Origin: Pseudomonadota bacterium
GTDB taxonomy: Bacteria; Desulfobacterota; Desulfobacteria; Desulfobacterales; JBDRRP01
Direction of reading: 5' to 3'
DNA: 62,009 nucleotides
NCBI GenBank assembly: GCA_043825735.1
Contig: JBDRRP010000040.1
Coordinates: 124,001-186,009, forward strand
The position numbers and the translations under genes are program-made. The notes under the pieces are model-generated. The model saw only the letters and a program-made list of their open reading frames with translations, did no database searches and was not told where the DNA came from. This document shows, piece after piece, positions 38,219 through 48,271 of this stretch (positions are counted from its first letter, which is position 1; the number at the start of each line of letters is the position of its first letter).

Positions 38219-38794
38219 CTACCAATTTTCTCCAAGCAGTTCGAAATGCGCCTTGGGATGGGCACAGGCCGGGCACATTTCAGGCGCCGACATGCCTTCG
38301 GCCAGGTAGCCGCAGTTGCGGCAACGCCAAACGGCCGATTCGGGGCGTTTGAACACGCGATCGGCCTTGATGTTGCCGGCCAGTTCGACATAGCGCTTTT
38401 CGTGCTGAGCCTCCGCGATACTGATGGCGCCGTAAACCATGGCGACGGCCTCGAACCCTTCTTCTCTGGCCACTTTGGCAAAGCCCGGATACAGTTCCGT
38501 ATGCTCGTGGCGCTCTCCGGCCGCTGCGGCCATCAGATTGTCGTAGGTCGTGCCGATAACGCCTGCGGGAAACGCCGCGACGATTTCTACTTCACCGCCT
38601 TCGAGGAACTTGAAGAACCGTTTGGCGTGCTCTTTCTCCTGGTTGGCAGTTTCCTCAAAAATGTCGGCGATCTGCACGAAACCGTCTTTTTTGGCCTGGC
38701 CGGCGAAATAGGTGTAGCGGTTTCTGGCCTGTGATTCGCCGGCAAACGACGCCAACAGGTTCTTTTCGGTTCGCGATCCTTTCAGGGTTGCCAC
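38219..38794 (-). CDS. rbr: Rubrerythrin
   Basis: FAGESQARNRY, EKEHA, C-terminal CRNCG...CPACAHP; GTG start. Confidence 0.96.
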   Translation of the reverse strand: MATLKGSRTEKNLLASFAGESQARNRYTYFAGQAKKDGFVQIADIFEETANQEKEHAKRFFKFLEGGEVEIVAAFPAGVIGTTYDNLMAAAAGERHEHTELYPGFAKVAREEGFEAVAMVYGAISIAEAQHEKRYVELAGNIKADRVFKRPESAVWRCRNCGYLAEGMSAPEMCPACAHPKAHFELLGENW

Positions 38795-38877
38795 GATAAT
38801 GCCTCCTTTGGTTGTGTGGTTTAAATAGCGATGGCTGCCGCGAGGTGACAGACGCTGCCCGTTTCAGGCGGCGGCGG

Positions 38878-39081
38878 TTACTTTTTCCACCATCCCTTAT
38901 GGATATGGTGCGCCTTTTCCTGTTCAGCCAGTTTTTGGATTTTGAAGGCTGCGTCTCGGAGGGTTCCGTAGAGCACCCCGCAGCCGACATCTTCACGGTC
39001 AATATCGCCCTGGTCGGCGAGTTGCATCATCTGAAGCACAAGATCCAGTGTCTTGCGGATGTTTTTGTCACAGGGTTTCAC
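38878..39081 (-). CDS. Small hypothetical protein upstream of rbr
   Basis: LADQGD.DRED.GCGVLYGTLRD motif; GGAG RBS; GTG start. Confidence 0.7.
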   Translation of the reverse strand: MKPCDKNIRKTLDLVLQMMQLADQGDIDREDVGCGVLYGTLRDAAFKIQKLAEQEKAHHIHKGWWKK

Positions 39082-39506
39082 GCGATTAGAACTCCGGGGG
39101 AATGGGTCATGTTATTACACACGATAGCCAGGAGCAAACACTTTGGCGTGTATTAACCATCTTATCTATCAAAACGCATGCCAAGACGTTCGATGAAGGT
39201 AAAAACGATCGATTACTTACGATTACAGTGGGTTATGGCCATAGCACACGTAAATCGGTTTCAGCCGATGTGTCTCATGAGCGGGAACAGAACGAAGAAA
39301 CTTCAAGCACCATTCGACTGTTTCGGTTGGTATTCATCGGTAACTAACAAATATTACATGATATTATCCGCTACTCCCAGCGCCCTTATGCTGAGACACA
39401 AGTGTCTCTTCGGACAATTTCTCATTTCTGCTGGCATTGACGATCTCCGAGTAAGATTTATGATGTATCTAATTCATACCATCGAACCCGAGATAGGGAG
39501 GTCTTC

Positions 39507-39863
39507 ATGTTGACCATAGAGTCCATCCATGCCGACAGCCGATTGCTCAATGACATTGACTGGGACATGACGCCCGAAGATGCTGTAACCCGCTATCTGG
39601 AGTGGGGAAACAATCCTGCTCTCGGCAATCACCGGGTGAAGTCAAAATCCGATTACTCGGTTTACTTCGTGGTGAATACGTGGCGGGATCCGGTCATCTA
39701 TCTCATCCGGCGCAATTCAGAGGGCGCCGAAGAGTTGGCCGTGATCGACATCCCCGCGCCGATACGAAAGCGCTATCTCAAAGCCATGGGCGATTTGAAA
39801 GGGGTCTACCCTGTCGATGGCGAGATTCGGGAATGGCTGTACGGCAGACTTTACGACGCCTGA
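39507..39863 (+). CDS. DVU0772-family protein
   Basis: IDWDMTPEDAVTRYLEWGNN...YFVVNTW...LIRRNSE. Confidence 0.8.
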   Translation: MLTIESIHADSRLLNDIDWDMTPEDAVTRYLEWGNNPALGNHRVKSKSDYSVYFVVNTWRDPVIYLIRRNSEGAEELAVIDIPAPIRKRYLKAMGDLKGVYPVDGEIREWLYGRLYDA

Positions 39864-39928
39864 TTGCGGCGCACCCAGGCCGGGATGCCCATCGTCCCTG
39901 CCTAGTCGCCGCTCGCCACTATTTCATT

Positions 39929-40026
39929 ATCGGTATCGAAATCGATCTGCTGCGTACCCGAAGCGTTTCGTATTTCGGTCCAACGTTTTTGCGATTTCGA
40001 TAGCGATCCCGACCCCGATTTCGATT
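39929..40026. repeat. 6-nt-periodic inverted repeat (ATCGnn / nnCGAT)
   Basis: ATCGGTATCGAAATCG opposite CGATTTCGATAGCGATCCCGACCCCGATTTCGAT, between convergent genes. Confidence 0.7.
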
Positions 40027-40030
40027 TGGA

Positions 40031-41215
40031 CTATTTGCGTTCATCGATAGGGACAAACGCACATTCTTCGGGCCCGCAGTAGTCGCCGACGTAGTCGGAC
40101 GCCGGTCGATAGAGGGCCGCTTTGGGGGCCGCACCGGCATAGCGCTCTTCGATGACATGAGCGGTCCAGCCGGCAATCCGAGAGATGGCAAACACCGGTG
40201 TGAACAGGTCCACGGCGATGCCCATGGCATAATACAGCGATGCGCTGTAAAAATCGACGTTGACGTAGATGTCGATCCCTTTTCGTTTCTTAAAGGCAGC
40301 CTTGCCCTTTTTTTCCAAAATGGTGGACATCTCATACCACTGGGGCTGACCGATCCGCTGGCCCATGATCTTGCTCATGGGAGCCAGGATGTGGGCGCGG
40401 GGGTCATCGGTTTGATACACGGCGTGTCCGAGGCCGAAAATCACGCGGCCGGCATCCAGCTCCGTGGCGATATAGTCGTCCACGTTGGCCGCAGAGCCGA
40501 TTTTCAGGAGCATTTCCATCACGCGGACATTAGCGCCCCCGTGCAGTTCACCGGAAAGCGACCCGATGGCCCCGGCGATGGCCGCGTACATGTGCGCCCG
40601 TGTGGATGCGATCTGCCGGGCGGAGAAGGTCGATGCGTTAAAGGAATGCTCCGCATGCAGGATGAGGCAGACATCGAAAAAGTGCGCCACATCATCTTCC
40701 GGCATGTTTCCCGTCAGCATGTAAAGGAAATTGGCGGCGTGAGAGAGCGACGCATCCGGCGCCACAGGCTCCTTGCCGTTGCGGATGCGCTCCCAGGCGG
40801 CTAAAACGGTGGCCAGTCGGGCCACCAGGCGGTTCGCCATGCGCAAAGCGCCTTCCCGGGTGGTATCACCGGTATCCGGATCGAACTGGGCCAGTATGCA
40901 GACGCATGCCTGCAAAACATCCATGGGCATGGCGTCTGCGGGCATCAACTTCATCATATCAACGATCGCTTGGGGGATGGCGCGCTGGCTGGCCAGGTCA
41001 TTTCGAAATGAGATCAACTCATCGGCAGTGGGCAGTTTCTCATAAAAGAGCAGAAACACGATTTCCTCAAACGAAGCACTTTTTGCAAGGTCTTTGGCAA
41101 GATAGCCGCGATAGATCAACTTGCCGGCGGCACCGTCCACATCGCTGATCTTGGTTGTCGCTACCGTAACGCCTCTGAGGCCCGTATTGACGGTTGGGGT
41201 GCATTCTTCCACCAT
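40031..41215 (-). CDS. gltA: Citrate / 2-methylcitrate synthase
   Basis: GLRGV, LIYRGY, HAEHSFNAST, LHGGAN, GHAVY..DPR, NVDFYS. Confidence 0.88.
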   Translation of the reverse strand: MVEECTPTVNTGLRGVTVATTKISDVDGAAGKLIYRGYLAKDLAKSASFEEIVFLLFYEKLPTADELISFRNDLASQRAIPQAIVDMMKLMPADAMPMDVLQACVCILAQFDPDTGDTTREGALRMANRLVARLATVLAAWERIRNGKEPVAPDASLSHAANFLYMLTGNMPEDDVAHFFDVCLILHAEHSFNASTFSARQIASTRAHMYAAIAGAIGSLSGELHGGANVRVMEMLLKIGSAANVDDYIATELDAGRVIFGLGHAVYQTDDPRAHILAPMSKIMGQRIGQPQWYEMSTILEKKGKAAFKKRKGIDIYVNVDFYSASLYYAMGIAVDLFTPVFAISRIAGWTAHVIEERYAGAAPKAALYRPASDYVGDYCGPEECAFVPIDERK

Positions 41216-41408
41216 GATCGCTCTCCTTAAAGTGTGCAGTTGGCTTTAGAAGCTAAAATGGAATGCAGTGCACCAATTGTCAAGCCCGATATGGGACCCT
41301 GGCCCCGATCACAGTCCGGGGGCAAGTTGAAAAACCCCGTCAGCCGTGTTAGTTTTCACACCCAATATCAGTGCACTGCCGTCGCCACCGAAATCAGCAA
41401 GGATACTG

Positions 41409-42752
41409 ATGCTGCGCATTCACGCTAAAAACGGTTATGACCTACGGGTGTCGGGAGCACCGACCGATCAAATAGTGGCGGCCAAAGCGCCCCGGCGTGT
41501 GGCCGTAGTGCCCGAGCGCATTCCTTTCATCAAGCCGAGGCTTGTTGTTCGCAGTGGAGACACGGTGCGCATCGGTTCGCCACTGTTCTTCGACAAGCGC
41601 CACCCGGCACTGCACTACCGCTCACCCGGGGCGGGCACGATCAGCGATATCCGTTTCGGTCCCCGGCGTGTCATCTCTCAGATCATTATCGATCTGGATG
41701 ACTCCGAAGCGGCTGAACCACTGCTCCAGGCAAGACTCGATCCAACCGCCACGCTGAACCGGCAGGCCGTTACCACGGCCTTGGTGAACGGCGGATTGTG
41801 GCCGCTGATCCGGGCGCTGCCATACAGGGATATGGCCCCTGTCGACGGTCCGCAGCCACCGGCGCTCATCGTTTCGCTGTCGGATCGCGAACCGTTTCAC
41901 CCTCATCCGGATATCTATCTGGATGGCGCTGCCGATCTCTTCACGCAAGGCCTTGCCTTTCTAAAACCACTGGCGTCCAAACTCATGGTGACGGTGGACG
42001 AGGGCGCAGCAAAGACCATCGCCATGCTGGGCGGCGCCGTTACCCATTGCCACCGGGGGGTGTATCCGGCCGGCGATCCCGGGGTGACACTCTACCATAC
42101 CCGCCGCTCGTCCGCAGACAACCCGTCATGGTTTATCCGCGGACAGGATGTGTTGCTGGTGGCCTCCCTGCTGAGCACCGGCGTCTATCCGACCGATCGC
42201 CTGGTCGCTGTCGGCGGGCCCGCCGCCCCCCATGCCGTTCACGTCAAAACACGTTTGGGTGCGCCACTGTCAACACTGGTGGATCTTCCGAAGGATGCCG
42301 CCATTCGGACCATTAGTGGTGGTCTGTTTACGGGGGCACGGGCATCTGTTGATGATTACCTCGGGTTTTTCGAGACGGCGATCACAGTGCTTGGCGAGGG
42401 CGCGGCCGAAGAGTTTTTGGCCTTGATCATGCCGGGGCGCCGGCGGCCGAGTTATTCCCGGGTGTTTTTGTCGACCCTCACCGGCGGCGATATGAACGTC
42501 GATTGCAACATGCACGGAGATCTGCGGGCGTGCGTGGCATGCAGCTACTGCAATCGGGTCTGCCCGGTGGAGATGCTTCCACAGTTGGCGTTCAAGAGCC
42601 TTCTTGCGGAAGAGATCGAGGAGGCCCTGGCTCACGGCCTTTTGGACTGCGTCGAATGCGGTTTGTGTTCCTATGTCTGCCCGTCAAAGATCGATATCAG
42701 CGGCATTCTCACCCAGGGCAAGCGCAATTACTACAAGGAGCAGCAGCAATGA
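41409..42752 (+). CDS. nqrA: Na+-NQR subunit A with intact 2x[4Fe-4S] domain
   Basis: NqrA-type N-terminus (GYDLRVSGAP, LFFDK, SPGAG, YPAG, TRLGA, ISGG); C-terminal CVACSYCNRVCP and CVECGLCSYVCP. Confidence 0.85.
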   Translation: MLRIHAKNGYDLRVSGAPTDQIVAAKAPRRVAVVPERIPFIKPRLVVRSGDTVRIGSPLFFDKRHPALHYRSPGAGTISDIRFGPRRVISQIIIDLDDSEAAEPLLQARLDPTATLNRQAVTTALVNGGLWPLIRALPYRDMAPVDGPQPPALIVSLSDREPFHPHPDIYLDGAADLFTQGLAFLKPLASKLMVTVDEGAAKTIAMLGGAVTHCHRGVYPAGDPGVTLYHTRRSSADNPSWFIRGQDVLLVASLLSTGVYPTDRLVAVGGPAAPHAVHVKTRLGAPLSTLVDLPKDAAIRTISGGLFTGARASVDDYLGFFETAITVLGEGAAEEFLALIMPGRRRPSYSRVFLSTLTGGDMNVDCNMHGDLRACVACSYCNRVCPVEMLPQLAFKSLLAEEIEEALAHGLLDCVECGLCSYVCPSKIDISGILTQGKRNYYKEQQQ

Positions 42753-43939
42753 CGCCGAATCCAGTCAAACGCATTTTTGACCGGTATCGTCCCCATTTCA
42801 GCCGTGGCGGGCGATTGGCGCGGCTGCATGCCTTTTTCGAAGCCATCGAGACCGTTTTTTTCCTGCCGGGCCGTAAAACCGAAAGCGCTCCGCATGTGCG
42901 CGACGGGCTCGATGTGAAGCGGTTCATGTTCTATGTGATTGTGGCCCTGCTGCCGTGCCTTTTCTTCGGTATCTACAATACCGGGGTGCAGTCCCGGCTG
43001 GCCTCCGGTCTTCAGCCGGTGTTTGTGTCCGCCGTCATCGACGGACTGTGGATTGTTGTGCCCATGGTGATCGTGACTTATGCGGTGGGATTTTTCTGGG
43101 AGATCGTGTTTGCCGTGGTGCGCGGACACGCGATCAGCGAAGGGCTGTTTGTCAGCTGCATGCTGCTGCCCCTGAGCCTGCCGCCAACGACACCGCTGTG
43201 GCAGGTCGCGCTGGGTATCAGCTTTGGCATCGTGGTGGGCAAAGAAATTTTCGGTGGCACGGGGCGTAACTTTCTCAATCCCGCCCTGGCCGGCCGCGCC
43301 TTTCTTTATTTTGCCTATCCTGTTCAGATGTCCGGTGACCATGTCTGGACGGTGCTTCAGGGGGCGCGGGAGACCGCCGTAGATGCCTTCACCGCTGCCA
43401 CGCCGCTGGCCATCTCGGCAGGGGCCCAGATGAACGCGTCGGTGGAAAGCCTGCTCTCCGGCGCCGGTTATTCCTTCGGCCGCCTCTTCTGGGGGCTGTA
43501 TCCCGGCAGCATCGGCGCCACTAGTGCGGCATTGTGCCTGCTGGGCGCGGTGTTTCTCGTATTGACCCGGATCGCCAGCCACCGCATCATTTTCGGCGGG
43601 ATCGCCGGCGTACTGGCGACCGGCACCCTGCTCAATTGGCTGGCCTCGCCCCAGAGTCTTCCGTTTTTATCGCTCAACCCGTTTTATCACCTGGTCATGG
43701 GCGGATTTGCTTTTGCGCTGGCCTTCATGGCGACGGAACCGGTGACAGCGCCGGACACCGATGCGGCCCGATGGCTCTACGGCTTTCTCATCGGCGCGCT
43801 GACCGTTGTCATCCGCGTTTTCAACCCGGCCTTCCCCGAGGGGGTCATGCTGGCGATTTTGTTCATGAATGTGTTTGCCCCGTTGATGGACCAGATCGTT
43901 GTGATGGTCCGGCTCAAGAAAAGGATCCCCAATGTCTGA
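42749..43939 (+). CDS. nqrB: Na+-NQR subunit B
   Basis: APHVRDG.D.KR, KEIFGGTGRN, AYP.QMSGD, flavinylation site TAAT, PEGVMLAILF. Confidence 0.92.
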   Translation: MTPNPVKRIFDRYRPHFSRGGRLARLHAFFEAIETVFFLPGRKTESAPHVRDGLDVKRFMFYVIVALLPCLFFGIYNTGVQSRLASGLQPVFVSAVIDGLWIVVPMVIVTYAVGFFWEIVFAVVRGHAISEGLFVSCMLLPLSLPPTTPLWQVALGISFGIVVGKEIFGGTGRNFLNPALAGRAFLYFAYPVQMSGDHVWTVLQGARETAVDAFTAATPLAISAGAQMNASVESLLSGAGYSFGRLFWGLYPGSIGATSAALCLLGAVFLVLTRIASHRIIFGGIAGVLATGTLLNWLASPQSLPFLSLNPFYHLVMGGFAFALAFMATEPVTAPDTDAARWLYGFLIGALTVVIRVFNPAFPEGVMLAILFMNVFAPLMDQIVVMVRLKKRIPNV

Positions 43940-44663
43940 TACCATGCGCTCACTGCTTTTTGCTGTCGCATTGTGTCTGGTGTGCAGTCTGCTGCTGACT
44001 GCCGCCGCTACCGGACTGAAGGGCTACCAGAGGGAAAATATCGAACTGGACCGTCGCCGGAATCTACTCAAATCCGTCAATCTGCTCTCGCCCGACGGGG
44101 GCAATACGGCCCAGGAGATCCGCAGCATTTATGAGGCCAACATCACGGAGATCGCCGTGGATCGAGCAGGGCGCGTGGTGCCGGCGGGCGAGCGTTCTCC
44201 CGGCGACCTGCCGGTGTATCTTTACCGCACGGACGGCGCGATTCGCGCCTATATCATCCCCATCGACACGCGTGGACTCTGGGGAAAGATCAAGGGCTAC
44301 CTGGCCCTCGACAGCGACGGGGCCACCGTGGCCGGGTTTACCGTCTACCAGCATTCCGAGACACCCGGTCTGGGCGGTGAAATCGAGCAGCGATGGTTTC
44401 AGAAAAATTTCGTAGGGAAAAAAATTGTCGGCCGGTCGGGGGATTTCGTGTCCATTTCCGTTGCCAAAGGGGCGGCCGCCGCTGTTCCGGCAGACAAGCA
44501 GCTCAACTATGTGGACGGGATCAGCGGGGCGACGCTGACGGGACGGTTTCTGACGGCCGGACTCAAGAACATCCTCGAAGAATACGAGCCGGTATCGGTG
44601 CAGTTCCGGGGACACCGGATGCTCCGGATGCCGGCGGCCGAGACGGAAAAGGCCAAGCCGTAG
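43932..44663 (+). CDS. nqrC: Na+-NQR subunit C
   Basis: LCLVCS, GLWG, ETPGLG, VDGISGATLT (FMN-Thr). Confidence 0.92.
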   Translation: MSDTMRSLLFAVALCLVCSLLLTAAATGLKGYQRENIELDRRRNLLKSVNLLSPDGGNTAQEIRSIYEANITEIAVDRAGRVVPAGERSPGDLPVYLYRTDGAIRAYIIPIDTRGLWGKIKGYLALDSDGATVAGFTVYQHSETPGLGGEIEQRWFQKNFVGKKIVGRSGDFVSISVAKGAAAAVPADKQLNYVDGISGATLTGRFLTAGLKNILEEYEPVSVQFRGHRMLRMPAAETEKAKP

Positions 44664-44732
44664 CGCGGCATCAATGGTACCGACCCAACGCCCCCGGGGA
44701 GTTTGGGACGGGCACGAGTTAAGGAGATGACA

Positions 44733-45347
44733 ATGGCGGGCAAACGCGCCAGTGCGATGAAGACGCTGTCGGATCCGCTGATCGAGAATAATCCCGTCAG
44801 CATCCAGATGCTCGGTATCTGTTCGGCCCTGGCTGTTACCGTACAGATGAAAACCGCGGTTGTAATGGGGATCAGCCTCACCCTCGTGGTGGCGTTTTCC
44901 AGCCTCATTATTTCGCTGATGCGTACCATCATTCCTCGAAACATCCGCATCATTGTCGAGTTGACCGTCATTGCCTCCCTGGTCATTCTTGCCGATGAAC
45001 TGATCCGGGCGTTTCTCTTTGACATCAGCAAGCAGCTCAGCGTTTTTGTGGGACTCATTATCACCAACTGCATCGTCATGGGCCGCGCCGAGACTTTCGC
45101 ACTCAATAACCCGCCGCACCTGGCCTTCCTGGACGGACTGGGAAACGGCATGGGATACGGGGCCGTCCTGCTGACGGTGGCCTTCATTCGTGAACTGCTG
45201 GGGGCCGGCAAGCTGTTCGGATACCAGGTCGTTCCGGATGCCGTTTACGCCGCCGGCTACGAGAACATGGGCTTCATGCTCCTGGCACCGGCGGCCTTCA
45301 TCATTATCGGATTCATGGCATGGATCCAAAAGAGCCTTCGCCGGTAA
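44733..45347 (+). CDS. nqrD: Na+-NQR subunit D
   Basis: NNP...[32 protein letters not shown]. Confidence 0.94.
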   Translation: MAGKRASAMKTLSDPLIENNPVSIQMLGICSALAVTVQMKTAVVMGISLTLVVAFSSLIISLMRTIIPRNIRIIVELTVIASLVILADELIRAFLFDISKQLSVFVGLIITNCIVMGRAETFALNNPPHLAFLDGLGNGMGYGAVLLTVAFIRELLGAGKLFGYQVVPDAVYAAGYENMGFMLLAPAAFIIIGFMAWIQKSLRR

Positions 45348-45373
45348 ACACCGCTTCCTGGGGCTGACGCATC

Positions 45374-45982
45374 ATGGAAAATTATCTCAGCATTTTTCTC
45401 AATTCGGTTTTCGTAGGCAACATCCTGCTGGCCTATTTTTTAGGGATGTGCAGCTTTGTAGCCGTTTCCGGCAACCTTCGCACCGCCTCCGGTCTTGGAT
45501 TCGCGGTAGTCTTTGTTCTGGCCATCACCGCACCGGTCAACTGGCTGGTATACTACTACCTGTTGGCGCCGGGGGCGCTTGCCTGGGCGGGCCTGCCGAC
45601 CGTAGACCTTAGCTTCCTTAAACTCATCACTTTTATCGCGGTCATCGCCGCCATCGTGCAGATTGTCGAGATGGTGATCGATCGATATTCCCAGGCACTG
45701 TACAACGCACTGGGAGTATTTTTGCCTCTCATTGCCGTCAACTGTGCCATCCTTGGAGCTGCGCTGTTCATGGTTGAGCGGCAATACGGTTTCTGGGAAT
45801 CGGTTGTTTTCGGTATCGGATCCGGTACGGGGTGGGCCATGGCCATTATTTCGATGGCGGCCATCCGCAACAAACTGAAATATGCCAACCCGCCGGAAGG
45901 GCTGCGCGGCTATGGCCTGACCATGATCGTTACCGGATTGATGGCCATGGGGTTTATGATGTTTTCGGGAATCGTTCTGTGA
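45374..45982 (+). CDS. nqrE: Na+-NQR subunit E
   Basis: [29 protein letters not shown]. Confidence 0.94.
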   Translation: MENYLSIFLNSVFVGNILLAYFLGMCSFVAVSGNLRTASGLGFAVVFVLAITAPVNWLVYYYLLAPGALAWAGLPTVDLSFLKLITFIAVIAAIVQIVEMVIDRYSQALYNALGVFLPLIAVNCAILGAALFMVERQYGFWESVVFGIGSGTGWAMAIISMAAIRNKLKYANPPEGLRGYGLTMIVTGLMAMGFMMFSGIVL

Positions 45983-46031
45983 GATGCCGGCCGGTGGCGG
46001 CCTTGCATTCTTTTTGCTTGGAGAAAGAACC

Positions 46032-47252
46032 GTGATCTATTTCATCAGCGCCGGCGTTTTCTCGGCGGTCATCGTCTCTCTGGTCATCACCCTTCTGGTG
46101 GTGGAGTCGCGCCTGGTGAAAAAGGGAGACAGTCGCCTGGTGATCAATGGCGATGTCGACAACAGCCTGACCGCCGCTACCGGCAAGACATTGCTCTCGG
46201 CGCTGCTGGGCGAAGGAATCCTGCTGGCCAGCGCCTGTGGCGGCAAGGGCACCTGTGGCACCTGCAAATGCGTCGTGGAGGACGGTGGCGGTGATGTGCT
46301 GCCCACCGAGTTGAGCCATCTCAACCGCCGGGAGAAGGCGGAAAATGTTCGCCTGGCCTGCCAGCTCAAGGTCAAGCAGGATCTTGCGATCCGAATCCCG
46401 GAATCGATTTTCAGCATTAAAAAATACACCGCAACGGTGGTCAGCAACCGCAATGTGGCCACCTTCATCAAGGAGTTGGTCATGGAACTCGGCCCGGGGG
46501 AATCCCTCGATTTCAAGGCCGGGGCCTATATCCAGATCGACATCCCTGAGTACTCGGTGAGCTACAAGACATTCGACGTGGCCGACCGGTACCGGTCGGC
46601 ATGGGAGCAGTTCAAGCTGTGGGATTTGACCGCGGCCAGCACCGAAGTGGTCAACCGGGCCTATTCGCTGGCCAACCCGCCGTCCGACAACCGGCGGCTC
46701 AGGCTCACCATCCGAATCGCCACCCCGCCGCCCGGGCATCCGGAATTGCCGACGGGTGTGGGCTCTTCCTATGCCTTCAGCCTGAAACCCGGCGACACCG
46801 TGTCGCTGAGCGGGCCTTACGGTGATTTTTTCGTCAAGGACACCGATCGGGAGATGTGCTTCATCGGCGGCGGCGCCGGCATGGCGCCCATGCGCTGCCA
46901 CATTTTACACCAGCTGCGGTCGGTGAACACGACCCGGCCGATGACCTTCTGGTATGGTGCGCGTTCGCGGCAGGAAATGTTCTATGACGAGGAATTCAGC
47001 GATCTTGCGGCGCGTTTTGAAAACTTCTCCTATCACGTGGCGCTTTCCGAGCCCCAGCCGGAGGATCACTGGGACGGCCCGGTGGGGTTCATCCACCAGG
47101 TGGCCCACGATCTCTACCTCAGTGAGCATGAGGACCCCACCGAGATCGAATACTATCTATGCGGCCCACCGATGATGATTTCCTCCGTGAAGCGGATGCT
47201 CGACAGTCTCGGCGTGGATCCGGAGATGATCGCCTTCGACGATTTCGGATAA
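46032..47252 (+). CDS. nqrF: Na+-NQR subunit F
   Basis: [2Fe-2S] SACGGKGTCGTC...RLACQ, RAYS, GGGAGMAP, YLCGPP, DDFG; GTG start. Confidence 0.95.
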   Translation: MIYFISAGVFSAVIVSLVITLLVVESRLVKKGDSRLVINGDVDNSLTAATGKTLLSALLGEGILLASACGGKGTCGTCKCVVEDGGGDVLPTELSHLNRREKAENVRLACQLKVKQDLAIRIPESIFSIKKYTATVVSNRNVATFIKELVMELGPGESLDFKAGAYIQIDIPEYSVSYKTFDVADRYRSAWEQFKLWDLTAASTEVVNRAYSLANPPSDNRRLRLTIRIATPPPGHPELPTGVGSSYAFSLKPGDTVSLSGPYGDFFVKDTDREMCFIGGGAGMAPMRCHILHQLRSVNTTRPMTFWYGARSRQEMFYDEEFSDLAARFENFSYHVALSEPQPEDHWDGPVGFIHQVAHDLYLSEHEDPTEIEYYLCGPPMMISSVKRMLDSLGVDPEMIAFDDFG

Positions 47253-47518
47253 CAACCCCCTCCCCAAAAAAAGAAAGAAAGCGCTTCTCTACGGGTCCAC
47301 CGATGATTATGGCCCTGTCTTCCGTCGTCGCTGCGCTATGGCGGACAAGTCGGCGGACAAGCAGGCACAGTCAGGCGGTTGGGCCAAGAGCTGCCCGAAG
47401 GGCACGGCGCTCTTTGTTCGAATCGTGAGCCGGGAGGCATTTTTCCCGGCGACCCGATTCGGACAAAACTTCGCGTCCTTCGCGCACTTTGCGGTTCAAT
47501 GTTTTTGCTTTTGGCGCG

Positions 47519-47851
47519 CTAAAAGGCCATTTTTTCCGGCGGCCGCCGCTCAGGGACGTACTCGTGGGGGATCTTGCCGGCGTTCCATGCCTCGGTGACG
47601 TACAGGTTGCAGTAGCAGGAGCCGAATTCGGCCACATCGGGTGTGCGGTACACGCAGGGGCAGATGATGTCCTTGTCGGCGTCACGATCGCCGGAGGCGA
47701 GGCGACACGGACAGACCATGTACCCGTATCGCGCTTTGTTGGTCAGCAGTGCTTCGAGAAGATCGAATACCCGCTCTTTGTCCGTGCTGAAGAAATACCC
47801 CTTGGGTTCCTGCGCCTTTTTAAGCATGGCGTGAAGTTGCTCTGCGTCCAT
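47519..47851 (-). CDS. Ferredoxin:thioredoxin reductase catalytic subunit-like protein
   Basis: CPCR...ICPC...CYC motifs. Confidence 0.9.
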   Translation of the reverse strand: MDAEQLHAMLKKAQEPKGYFFSTDKERVFDLLEALLTNKARYGYMVCPCRLASGDRDADKDIICPCVYRTPDVAEFGSCYCNLYVTEAWNAGKIPHEYVPERRPPEKMAF

Positions 47852-48114
47852 TACAGGCCCAGCGCCTCCTTGATCTCTTTTTCCTTGTAACCGACGATGA
47901 CGGTGTTGCCGATGATGACGGTCGGAAAGGAGCATTTGGGATTGAATTTTTTTACGTCTTCGAGGATGGCCTTGCGCTCTTCGCCTTCCAGCAGATCCAC
48001 ATCGACGAAATCATACTGGATGGTGCAGTCGGCCAACAGTTTCTTTGTGGATTTGCAGTGGCTGCAAGTGCTCAGTGAGAAGATTTTTACGGGTTTCATG
48101 GTGTTATCACTCAT
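47851..48114 (-). CDS. Glutaredoxin/NrdH-like redoxin
   Basis: CSHC, SFPT, IVGY; translationally coupled to the FTR-like gene. Confidence 0.9.
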   Translation of the reverse strand: MSDNTMKPVKIFSLSTCSHCKSTKKLLADCTIQYDFVDVDLLEGEERKAILEDVKKFNPKCSFPTVIIGNTVIVGYKEKEIKEALGL

Positions 48115-48271
48115 GCCAGAATCCTTTCTTCTGTGCCACCGGTACAGTGACGTGTGCGCCTCGTGCTGGCTTTCGGGTGTGGAAGTCAATAAGGGGTTTT
48201 CCCGGCGCCAAGTTGTCCAGCTTTTTGATCCGCTGCCTGCTAGTAAACCATTCCCCGGTATCATTCAATAG

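Noticed and set aside
39082..39506. ORFs or a PerR box in the AT-rich rbr/DVU0772 intergenic region
   Set aside because: The ORFs lack coding signal and I found no convincing palindrome; probably promoter DNA.
41409..47252. Annotating the operon as Rnf
   Set aside because: It has NqrF (2Fe-2S/FAD/NAD) rather than RnfB, and subunits B-E carry Nqr-type motifs.
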